Shown: in pieces, positions 12,037 through 24,085 of the stretch
Numbering within the stretch: position 1 is the stretch's first letter
Layout of the letters: each line of letters begins with the position of its first letter
Position numbers and translations under genes: made by a program
From: Catajapyx aquilonaris
Taxonomy: Eukaryota
Direction: 5' to 3'
Assembly (NCBI GenBank): GCA_000934665.2
Contig: JYFJ02003090.1
Location: 1-46,479, forward strand
DNA length: 46,479 nt
Notes under the pieces: model-generated
Databases searched by the model: none
What the model saw: only the letters and a program-made list of their open reading frames with translations
What the model was told of the DNA's origin: nothing

Positions 12037-15000
12037 TCAATCCATCGTCCAGGTTAATAGGTTAGCCGTGCTGAAGCAAACAGACAACACCACTGCAACC
12101 AAGACAACTGCACCATTTCCACTAGAGGCCACGGTGGAACCAATGAAAGTTTTCTCTGGTGCTGAAGAGGAGTTACCTTCGCTGTCACCGGTTGAAGGAA
12201 GCCACACGTTTTCACTTCCTCCACGACGGAGTGGGAGACGTGTCTCTCTTGGCTTGGGTTGGGTGTGATCTGGACCTTTTGATCCTGCCTCGACAGGAAT
12301 CATGTTGAGGTCTTCTAACGTAGAGTTGCTCAGAGGCACCTCCGACACATGCACAGGATTACTGAAGTCCACTCCGGACATTGACTCTTCTTGGGATGTG
12401 CCAGTGGAGTTGGCTTCTGCCCAAAAATTATTCACATGTACCAACTATACCCAAGTGGAAAGTACAAGAGTTGCGTACCTAGGTTAAGTTTCTCAATTAT
12501 TTCCCGGAGAAGGCTCTCCTCCAACGAGCTGCCAATGCGAGTTGAGTTGATCATCAGGCTACGTTTGAATAGCCTTTCAAACCGATGCAAGTTGTATTCT
12601 GGACGGTACAATGGAGTGTCATCTTCACCAAAGTCCTGTCAAAAATGAACAATTATTAATCATTGACAATCCCAAAGGTTGACATGTACTTACAACACAT
12701 CGTCCTCCAAGGCAATATGCGACTTTCCCTGCGATACCTCTGCTGCAGTCAGATCCTGATGGGAACCAGCCATCCTCACCGTTGACCATGTAGAACCGGT
12801 ACGACACCCGTTCGTCCTGACAAGCCACTTTGCATGGACGGTCAGGGTCATCTCGAGACGAAGACAACTGCATACCGAGACCAGACAAACCGCTGACTCG
12901 TTGCAGGTACTTGCTGCACACTGAGGTCGCGTACTCGAAAGGTGTCTTCAATCGTGGACAGTCCTATACACAGATATGTACATAGGTTTATTGTTGTTGT
13001 GTGTCTGTACAGTGTACGTACCGGCTTATCGGGACGACATAGCCGGACACTCGTGGTGAGTCCGAGGCATGATTGTCCGCTGCCTGCGATGGTGTTTCCT
13101 CCTCGACATTCCCTGGTCACCAGCTGAAGTCCTCGAGCAGGTGCAAGACATCCGAAGCGACAAGGACTGGAAGGTGTCCATCTGCTCCAATCTCTGGATA
13201 TCGGCAGGGAGTACAGGTCCTCTGCAAGACCTGTACCAGATCCGGATGCTGAACTCGGTACCAGGCCAACACCTGAACCGATATCCAGAGGATCAGGACA
13301 GGAGGTATCTTCCTGTCGATGAACACTGTGCGGATCGCACGAGAATTCCTGCAAATACACATGGTGCATCAGTATACGTACCATTGTTTTGGGTACGCCG
13401 TACTACAGTACCTGGCATCGACCACCGATGCAGTAAGCACCTCCAGAAGGTCTCCTTCCTTCCAGTTGACAAACGGTACCATCCGGAAAGAACCAACCTC
13501 TACTCTTGGAGCCTTCACCACGTTTGTAGCACCATACCGAGCACGCTCTTTCAGCTGTACAAACAATACAATATTGTTACGTTCAGGTTAAGTACAGCGC
13601 AGTTAACAGCAAAACGTACGGTCTGAACTGATGCTCTGGTATCCCTTTCCGGTCAGCTCGCCATCAACTTCAGATGCCCTTGCGCATATTTCGTCAGCGT
13701 ATTCCTGGATTGTGGTTCGTCGTACCGATGAACATTGCTGCCGAATACACATAGGTAATAAACAATGCACCTGTCTATCCGTATGATCGACCTACTTGCA
13801 CAGCATTGCAGGCGATGTATCTTTTGTCCACGCCCAGACACTGAGGGTGCGTCCTGGCTGTCTCGCATCGTCGACTGGCCAACATGATGCCGGTACTGCC
13901 AGACGAAAGCCGTCCGTCCTCGCCGTACAGACACCCAGATGCACAGTCGGTGAACGGAGACCAACGTCCCCAACCACTTTCGTGAGAATCCCTATCCTCG
14001 AATCCGGGTATGGGAGCGTCTCGATGGATGCATCGACCGGTACGGCACCACTGAAATCAAATGACTTTACATTTTAGATCAGTTCTGTACGGGTACGGGC
14101 GGTGCATACCATTCTGTCTCCGCATTTTGTCCCTTCCAAAGCAGGGTGAGACGTCCACGTGTAGTGTTCACGACGACAATGCAGATCGCGACACACGTCT
14201 GCCATCGGCTGCTGTGGTGCATGGTAGCTTCCTCTGCCGTACTTCAGCACACCTGAAACACACTTAGTTATGATACACACTACATACAAAAATGTAAAAA
14301 AACAAACACTAACATTGGTTATCCGCATCAAATCTCTCTCCAGGAAGTCTTCCATCAGCTCCGTGGTCCAAATGTGACGATGCAACGCTGCTGTCTCGAA
14401 GACATCTCGACTGCGACGTGCTGTTACAATCAACAATTGCGTAAGTACATCGCAATGATCGTGTGCACTGTGAGAAACTAACGCACGGAAAGTGACCGGG
14501 CATCAATATCAAAAAAACTCAATTACAACATCACACGAATGCTCGATTACTCATTGTGCTCACTATATACTTTCGCCCTCGATTAATTTGAGCGTGCAAA
14601 AAATGCTAGGCGAGAAGTGAATGAACCAAAACCGTCAAAAAGAATCAACAATGCATTTTGTTTGTTTGTTGTGTACAAGGGCGACTTACTCTAGAAACAT
14701 TTCCAAATATCGTCTGCTGCATGGTGACCATGTGATTTTACCGCTGCCTAATGTTGGAGACATGATGTAGCTGCCTGGATCACAATCGTTGTCTGCTTGA
14801 GGACCATCGTGTCTCATTCCCAGGCTGTGATGTTTGAAACAATCGGATCATATTAATAAAAAAAGAAGATCTGACCTAATTTGTTGTGAATGGTGTCTTA
14901 CTTGTGTCCGATCTCATGAGCCACGACATACACGCTCTCAAAGTGTCTTCCCTCGTTGACTGTACAGCTGCTGGATCTTGTACACATCCCAGCCACTGGA

Positions 15001-18000
15001 GCCAGACCTTCACATTGGATACATTGCAGCAATTAATAAAAGCAAACCCATAATAATTGTCATTATTTTTAAATGAATTTTGGTGTCACTTGTTTTCGAG
15101 CTACATGATCGATCATATTAATCATGTATATCCACTTGGCATCCTTTCTCGTACTTGACACTTTATTTCCGCAACACGTACGGCATAAATTTCTGCGATG
15201 ATTTACACCCTGAAGCAGTCAACTCCAAGATTAGCGATTGCACTTTCTTGCACTCTCCCTTTTTTAAAACCCCTCCTCCTCCGGTACAATGTGACAGCCA
15301 CACTTTCACCTTTTAACCTGGATGGGTTGTTTGGCTGCAAGTTGCTGTAGGAACTCACCTACGACTTGGTTGCTGATTTTTCCGTTTCGATTCACGACGT
15401 AGAGGTCGAGACCTGTGAGGATGAGGGCATGATCCCAGTGAAAGGGGTCGGCATCACTGGATGGGTTTTCACCACGTTGCCACTTGCAAAATGAGGTCAG
15501 GAAATGGTCAATGTCGTAAGGTCGAACCAGGGCGGGAGGGTCCGATGCTAAGATCTCCAGCCTCTTCAGTACAAACTGAACCGGGTAGCCCAGAGAGGCG
15601 TCGTTGTACAAGTGTTCAACCTTTATGGCGAAGGTGAAAGGAGAAGAGAAAGGGTCAGAGGTCGATCCCTGTGGGTGAAAGTGCAATATGGAGGATGGGA
15701 CTCACGGCGTTGACCAGGGTCAGCACGATGCGAGCCACTTCCTTCTCCGTGTCTGCCGGGAAGTTGATTTGCATGTGTTTGTACAGGTCACGGTCGACGA
15801 ACACTGCTGTTTCGATGTAAAGGTGTATCGGATCTTCGAACGAACCTTGTCGACGCTCGCGACGGAAAAACCTGCAGGAAGACGCCCAATATAAACAATG
15901 TGTTGGACACATTTAGTGAGCAAAGCCCATACCCGTTGGTATCACGTGGAAAGTACGGAAGGTACGAGCTTCGTCTCTTCCTCGTCGAATCCGAATGATG
16001 ATGTCGACATACTGTCTTGGCATGGTTTCGTCTCTGCCAAATTAAATGGGGCACATTGCCATCGGTGGACCTCTTGTGGAATCTCTGGGGCAATGGGGCT
16101 ATAGTGAAGTACTCATCTTTCGATGTGATGAAACCACGCTACATGATGTAAAATAAATTGGTATTACATACAGTATCGTACTATTCGTATCAAGTATCGC
16201 CCGGTCGCACGACCAGAGTCTGGTCGTGCGACCGACGCTCAAATCTTTTGTGGAACCACTGTACACGTTGACTGCCCAAATTTTGCATGACCTTCTGGAG
16301 GTCCACGCTCTTTCGGTGAATATTTTGAGAGCTAACCTCACCAAGGTTAGTATCTCACCTATAAAAACCAGCCTAATAACAAACTGACAGGTAGGGGAGT
16401 GGTGTGCGACACGAAATCGTGCAGGTATACAATGATAGGTACCAGGAAAAAAAAGGGTGAAGGATTTCAAGATGAAAAACACACCCAGCTCGTTCTAGTA
16501 GCATCATTTCACTCTAACAAAAATTTGTGCCACATTTCTCAATTACAGGATGTCGCATTATTGTATAGTTGCACACACACACACAAAAATCGAAGCTAAC
16601 CGTAATTTTTAGCACAAGCCGTTTTTTTAAAACCATCCGTGGTGGCAAAAGTGACACCCTCGATTAAAATATATTTAAAGGGAGGGTAATCTGCAATGCC
16701 ATCTAATTCAAAAAATGCCCTTGGAGTAGGCCAATGAGTGCCTTCCTCGACACGCCTGAAAACAAGACCGCAACAAAGGGCGCTGTGCAGTGTCCCAGGA
16801 CCAGTTTTCTGCTTCAGAGTCTCAAATATCCTGGCATTGACATTCCCATGTGCCGCATAACTCACCGCTGTATTTGGCCCCAAAAACTGACCATGACCAA
16901 AAAAATTTACAAACTTTCAAAAAAATGTTCGGCCCAATTTTTATGTGTAGGATACAAAATTTCCGTGTCTCGCAAAGAGTGTTACAAGGAGAGCGCGCTT
17001 TTGATACAATCGTTGTTTTTTTTTTGCATATATGAATTGATAATGGTGCATTCGGATGTTCTCAAGATTTGGGACGAAACGGGTTTTTGCGCAACATGCA
17101 AAATCCGATCACTTAATGTCACACGCCAGCAAGTATATGCATTGTGTCATAAACTGACATCACGCCAAACCTGTGTCGCAACTGCATATTTTAATAATGC
17201 AAAAAAATGAGGAGACACACGACAAAAGATGAGACTGAACCGCGTCGTTGATATGTAGGTCGTAATTCACGCCTTTTTGAACCCCGTGAGAGGAGTGGTC
17301 ACCATAATGTTTTTAAAAGACATTGTTTTTTTCCTTCAGTACTCATTATTATTTTCTCTCCCCATATATTCAAGTCGAGCAATTAATTTCTGGGAAGCGC
17401 ACAGCACCACTCTCACTGACCGCAATCCATCCGGTCGCTTACTTGCTTCGGCGTCTAAATCGATGTTAGTGACCTTCCTCTCTACGAAGCCTGCGTGAAT
17501 CTTGTCTAACATAGTGACACACTAACAGCAAAAGGTCGCCGTTTCCCAACACGTCACGGTTTTTGTGTACGTATGATACGTCCATAACAACAAAAGGCCC
17601 AACATATATGATGTGCTCGCTGGACCTAATATTATTATTATTTTTTTATTATTATTAGAGAGGTGGTGTTGTATGGGATGGGTGAACAATTCGTACAGAT
17701 TGTTAACTTGCAAAGCAGGTTCCTGCTCTTTTCAAGGTTGGGAGCCAATGTAACAAACGTTAGAGAGTCTTACTATAGGGTGGATCACCTTCGCGGTTTC
17801 TTATCTCGGAGATGATTCTCCGATTCATTTCCTACTTTGCATACGATGATTGGGGCATCAATGAAAGGGACAGGATGCTCTAAAAATTGTGTAGCCCACA
17901 TTATTCCTAATTCTATGCAATGAACACAATATACACAATATATGTCAGTAACAAAAATAACTCATTAATTGCAGTAGTTTGGAAATAAATATGTATACAA

Positions 18001-21000
18001 AATACTAGGCAAATTTATCACAGAAATATACCAACTCTTTTAGAAGAGCTTTGTTTATAAATAGCTAACTTTTCTGTTGCAGGTGTGAAAATCACGATGG
18101 CAGGGTAGGTTTTAACAATGATGGATATAACTTTCTTTGGCTAACGCACGCAATGCTTTACTACCCACACAACCTGCTTTCATAAATCAACATGTCAGTA
18201 ATGCTATGCTAACACAAACACAGCAGGACAAGAAGCAAGTCTACTGTACTACTGTTCGCCTACAGTAAAAAAAAACGTTGCATCTAGTAGGCTATACATT
18301 ACTTTACATGCACTTATCCTGCAAAAAAACGTGTATACCACCCATTTTTTTTAAAAAAATCCAAGGGATGTTGCACTTGTCTAGGGCGCAATAGCGAGAC
18401 CTGTCATTATTTCCGCCATAACCGGAATATCCGCTATGTGAGATTCCGCTGTAATGAGCTTTCACTGCGAACTTGAGCACAATTCCAGCTCGTATCTGGT
18501 AAAGGCCACCCTATTTTTGGTACTGTACACTGGGTGTGACAAACGTGCTTTATTCGTAGAAAGCCCATCAATAAACACGGTTTTTGACGCGTAACAACCG
18601 CTCAGCCATACATGTTGGCGTCACACATGAAAATAATTCTACTGCAAAAAAAAAATGCACGAAATACTAAAAACATGTACACACTTTGTTAATATTATAA
18701 ATTTTATACCTTTGTGGGCATTATATCAGGATGGCGGTTTTATGTGCTTTAATTTTTTAAGTGTGTTTATACGTACCATTCCTCCGCAAAGTCCGACTGC
18801 AACAGAGTCTGAAGACGTGGTGTTGAACCCATTTCGCACCACTTCTCCTTGGTAAAAGCAGCCTGCATCTTCCCATACCTCGTCGAATATGTCCGTGTAA
18901 TTATCTCTCCGAAGCAGCATGACAAAATTGTCTGCCAGAAGATTCCTCGAAGGCCACAGTGTAAAGTTGAATGTCTGGTTGAGAGCCTGTAAGGTCATCT
19001 GCTCCGGGAAGTTTGCTTCTTCGACTGACCTGCGACGACGGACTCGAGGCAGGAGGTCGGGGGTCACGATGGAAAAACTTGGCACTAATAATGTTGAGAA
19101 GGTGTTAAAATGTGACGAAACTGTTGCCTTGACATTCAGTGGTACTTACCGTGTTTGGAAGACCCAAAGTATAAGTGTCTCTCTTGAGGTGTTAGAAGTT
19201 GAAGTAAGTCAGCATCATTTAACTACAAAAAAAATGATTTTTTTTGAAAACCGGCATTAAATTATTTCTACTGTGTTGTCACATTATTATTATGGTTTTG
19301 ATATTTGTGGTGCACATGCATGCATTTTAGTACATTTGTGTTGAAGAGGATGTAGGCGGAGACTGCTCTTGTCTGATCATGTTCTGTATAATTTTATCTG
19401 AAAATCCAGGAGGTAATGCATATGAGGCTGTTTCCATGTACTTTCAAGCAACGAGCACAATTTTACATGAAATTGGACCAAAAGTTTGATATCACGTATA
19501 GCAGACTTTGTATTAAACAAGCTTCAGTGAATAATGGGACGACTTCCTGCCCAGTAGCCTGTTTTTTCATTGATGAAAATACCAGTTATTATATTATACC
19601 TAGTGCTATAAAATGACAACATTCATTGGCAAATTGTGCTAATAAAAATGTCTGCACACCAAAACATTATGGAGATTGATCATTTAATTAGTTCCTAATA
19701 CTCTAGCAGAGTCGCTTTCTGTTTCAAGCATAAAACTATTTTGAGACTCACTTCCTGTTTCTGGGCCACGTTCGTCGCGAAAATTTCACTTCTGATGTGT
19801 TTATTTCTAAACCACTCAAGATATTGTAATACGACGCTCGTAAATTACAACCAGCACACACAAAAAAAGAAATCTCAGTAACGCATTTTTTTTTTCCTCA
19901 TTCCCTTTTCGGGACATATACTTTCCCCGCTTCTCTCAGTATAACGGACTCGGTTACTATAGAAAGGAAATCCTTTCTGTCGGTTGCATATGTCAGAAGG
20001 GGTTCTCCAACATTTTTGCCAGCCTAAACTAAAGAGGCAACGCTCGTGATCAAAACGCATGTCCTCTCTTCTCATTTCCGTGCTCATTACCAGCCACGAG
20101 GAAGTCAAGTTCTAAATCTTTATGGTGGAAATAGTGTCACCAAAACTAATCCGTGACATAAACCATAAAAATGCGAACTACCTTTTTTTATTTTTCTTCA
20201 TTCGGGGGGTTACATAGCATGGCGGCATGTTTCTTTCGTGTCTTTTGTTTCAAGATGAGCTATCAATTTTGATAAGAAAACTTCCGCCAAAATTTTTTTT
20301 GCACCACCTCTTCGGATTGGATCTCAAAACTCACAAACCGTGATTGTCTTCCGGAAGGAAATGCAATTACTTATTCATATGACGCTGCACATCATGATGT
20401 TATGTGTGCGCGGCTTGTAGTTGAAACAAGTTCTAGGAAGTGTGTCCGATTGAATTAAATAACCTATTACAGTACGGCTCAATAATTCAGCCCCCCCCCC
20501 CCTTCTTAAGATGGCTTGATTGCCTCAAGGACGATTTCGCATTGTCGGGATTGTAGGTCAACAGCTTTGGCGAAAGCAATCACTATTGACTGCTGGGAGA
20601 TCAAGTTGAGCTGCTTCGGATACACAAAGGAAAATGCACCGGAAAACACTAGGGAACAATGGGAAACTAATTGGGGACAATTCACGATGGGTTTGGTCGC
20701 CCCTCCTGAGAGACCAATTTGCATTCCATGTCGCAAATTACAGCAGAAAATGTCATCATCGCTCGTAACGGCACAGGTTGCATGGCCTGTTCTTTTTTTA
20801 ATGCAGATATAAATTCTTTTGTATGGACAACACAAATATGAGATGTGTATACAATGCAATATGATAATAAGTCAGTGACACTAACGGATCCAATAATTTG
20901 ACCCTTCCTGTTTCCTCTTGCCCTCAGGTCATTCGTTCAAGTCGAAAAAATATTCAAGTGACAGTTTTCTGGGTGGTGAAATCGTGTTGGGTTTTTTTTT

Positions 21001-24000
21001 TTCAAACGCCAATCACTGCGGAAATCAGGCCACACAAGGGCAGTTATTGGTTCTGTAGATAGCCCTTGTTTCCAAGAGGCCAATTTCAATGTGGTTTGCA
21101 AAGCGTGTCTGCTCTTTGTTGTTCGAACATTGTGAAAAAAAAGGATATTGCAATCAACTGAAACTTTTTTTTTTGTTGCTGTTTGAATTACCCCCCAGCC
21201 ACAACTATTCGTCCTGTACTGAATACACCTTTAACTAGTAACGTGGGGTCCATAATGCGTGACTTTGTGCAAAAGTTTTCTCACGCTTGATGAATTGTGA
21301 CTTCAATGTGGGATAGAGTTTTCACGACTTCGCATAAAGAAAAAAAAACCCTGCACTAGTTCGTGACAAAGATACATTTGTGCGAACTATGTTGTAATTA
21401 TAACAACTTGGTCACATGCAAATTAATTAGGCGAACGCCACAGAATTTTGTCAGCATTCTTGAAATAGTAAGTGGGTATTTTTTCCGTGTCTTATATAAT
21501 TAGTTTCGGCTTACTAAAAATTTATAGTCAAACTATAATGTAGGACAACCTGATCATTATTTACACTGATGGGAGCATGACCTTCCTAGTTTAATTTTCA
21601 AGCCCACTTTAAAATGCTTCACGCTGAGGCACTCACATTGTTGCCATTTATTAGCAGACATTTTCCATTTGGTTCAGGTCAACTAACCCAAAACGGATCC
21701 CCACCCATGTGACCTCACAACAAGGGACTGTTGAGCCGTGTAAACCCATTTAGCTCCTGACAACTCCGAAAAGGCACTGACCACTTAAACAACCCCCCCG
21801 TGCCTCGCATGCTGTGCAAAAATGGTTCTCCACCCATCCTGTCCAACATTTAAAAAAAAAGGAAGAAAAAAAAACCCAGGGGCGCTTGTACTAAAAGTAA
21901 TTTCTTCAACGAGCGTGATTCCTCAAGATTCAGGTTATGTTTAAAAAAAAGAGGAGTGGCTGACCAATAAATGCAACGCCTTGCAACGTTATGATGGGAA
22001 ACAAGGTGTCACGCATTTTTTTTTTTTACTGCTCATGTGCTGGCTGCTATTGCCTAATAATTAATACCTTGACGCTAGTAGAGATGAGGCCGCCCTTTAT
22101 TATCACGACCGTGACCAGCTATTCTCATTACTATCCACAAAAATATCTTAGCGTGTTGCGATCGTCACCAAAAAAATAAATAAATATGCAAGCAAGAGCA
22201 TTAAATTCTGGATGCACACAGGGCGGTGCACATGCTAGAAGGTATGAATTATTTATCCCAGCAACCACCATCACAATGGTTCTGCAATGAACAATTGGCA
22301 ACAATTGAGGCGTTGACATGGGAAAGAGCGTAAGTCCCACAAAAAACATATTTTTACAGGGGCCAGGAAAAAAGCAGTTTAGAGAACATAGTGAGTCAGA
22401 TTCTATTACACAAAATCGTATTGTCGGATATTGTTGCAAAAAGTCATGAAAAGCAGTTTATGAATTTAACATTTCAATATATGCTACTTTTTTTCCTTTT
22501 TGAGCCACATTTTTCTTTGTGACTTATGCCCTTTCCAATGTTAACGCCTCAATTAAACTCTTAATCTAATGGACAATTTTTAGGTGGTATGCCACCCTGT
22601 ACTTAATGATTAAGTTTCATTTGCGGGGGGGATTTGGTGCAATCTCTTTCGACAGTGACATATTTTGCAAAAATTCGTCCCGGATCTTTGTCAATTGTCG
22701 GCCAAGTTCTTTTTTTGTCACGCCACCAAGATTGGAAGAGATAATCGACAGAGTGATACGGCACATGCAATACTCTCTCTCTACTAGAAGCTGGTTGGCA
22801 AATGAAAGGCATTTCATTCACTCCTCCCCTTTTTTGTCATTTGGGGGGGAGGGGTGGACAAATGATTTGTTTTTGTATCACTAACGGGTCGCGAAAATGG
22901 GTTATTCGGATGTACACGAATGAGCACGTATGTGGTCCACGGCGACGTGTGTGTGGCTTTTCTATTCTGAAGGAGTTCTTCAGACTGGAAACGATGCATA
23001 ATACACATACTCACCAGACCCTGACCATCCTCCCTGGTAAAGTGCAGCACATTGCAGTATATAATGAAGCTTATTATGTGCGTAATCAGCAATTAATGGT
23101 AATTGCATAATCGTGCAGTACAGAAACTCACGTAATGCCACAAAATGCTCCAAATTACTTCTGGCAGTCACTCTTTACAAGGTTGCACTCAGTAATGACA
23201 TCAGGAGACGTGATGTAAAAGGACTTTCAAACTGTACCACTGTACAGTATTCCATCTTTTCAATGTACGAATGTAGACTATAGTACAGTATTGTTTAGGC
23301 CTACATACATACATGGCATAGACTGGTAATGAAAGCAGCTGTTACTCATAATACAAAATTAGATATACAGTAACAGCCTCGCGGTTTTTAAGAGTATCTT
23401 TCAAATGCACATTTTGATTAGATCACTGAGCTATTAATGCATTTTGAAAGTGGGAGAGAATAAACGGAAAAAACCAAAAACAACACGGAGGAAATCCATC
23501 CATATTCTTCCCACATGTTTGTTTATGGAGTATAGTCCTGTTTTAGTTGTCAGTGAATTCACGTGCAATCCAGTTATGTAAACACCGCAAGTTAACATGA
23601 CACAAATTACCGGCTGTCAACACCTACACTCTTATACTCGTTGCATCATTCTTTTTTTCAATACTCTTGCATCGCCTAAAACCTTCACCATGAAGCTTAA
23701 AAACCTGCTTTTTTATTAAACATTTTCATGGCGGTACATACTTGTCTAAGGTCAGTAAATATGTCCTTACAGTATGTTTACAACTGTATGACACTTCCAA
23801 CAATATGTCACATATACATAGACACACTTGCGACGTCTAAACACCGTTCAGTTCAAATGTGAAGGCGGGAAATAGTGTTTGGCACCGACTATTAATCAAG
23901 CAGCAAATCGTTTAAAAAGAATTGATTAATTGCAACCCAGCGTGACCTTCCGCGTTTCTCAACTATAATGACGACCATACCTCTTCTTCTTGGCACACAA

Positions 24001-24085
24001 TTCCTCTGATAGACGCCAGCATGACCCAGCATCCGAGGAGGATGACCCTCGCCCTCCTCCACCTCCTCCACCCTCCCACATCCAT
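12037..24085 (-). CDS. stl: Stall-like ADAMTS (M12B) zinc metalloprotease: signal peptide, prodomain, catalytic, disintegrin-like, two TSP1+Cys-rich modules, hydrophobic C-terminal tail
   Basis: Signal exon 24085-23981 (MDVGGWRRWRRARVILLGCWVMLASIRGIVC). Prodomain exons 19222-19150, 19084-18777, 16138-15933, joined as GLCGGM|RGFITSKDEYFTIAPLP, with furin-type sites. Catalytic YIETAVFVD, HWDHALILTG, GLAPVAGMCTRSSSCTVNEGRHFESVYVVAHEIGH|NLGMRHDG (~14800-15007) and Met-turn YIMSP. TSP1 motifs WGRWSPFTDC and WSRWTPSSPC. Orthology to Drosophila stall rests on recalled similarity. Confidence 0.85.
16206..16233. repeat. Perfect hairpin (CGGTCGCACGACCAGA-G-TCTGGTCGTGCGACCG, ~16201-16233) at the edge of a probable intronic DNA-transposon relic
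   Basis: About 16-bp perfect inverted arms around a 1-nt centre, read directly from the sequence. Confidence 0.6.

Noticed and set aside
18261..18467. Possible further pogo-like MITE (TACAGTAAAA ... TTTCACTG)
   Set aside because: TIRs too degenerate and no right-hand TA to support a call.
19752..19806. Candidate extra ADAMTS exon bounded by AG/GTGAGT
   Set aside because: Phase incompatible with the phase-0 join of exon 1 to the exon starting at 19222.
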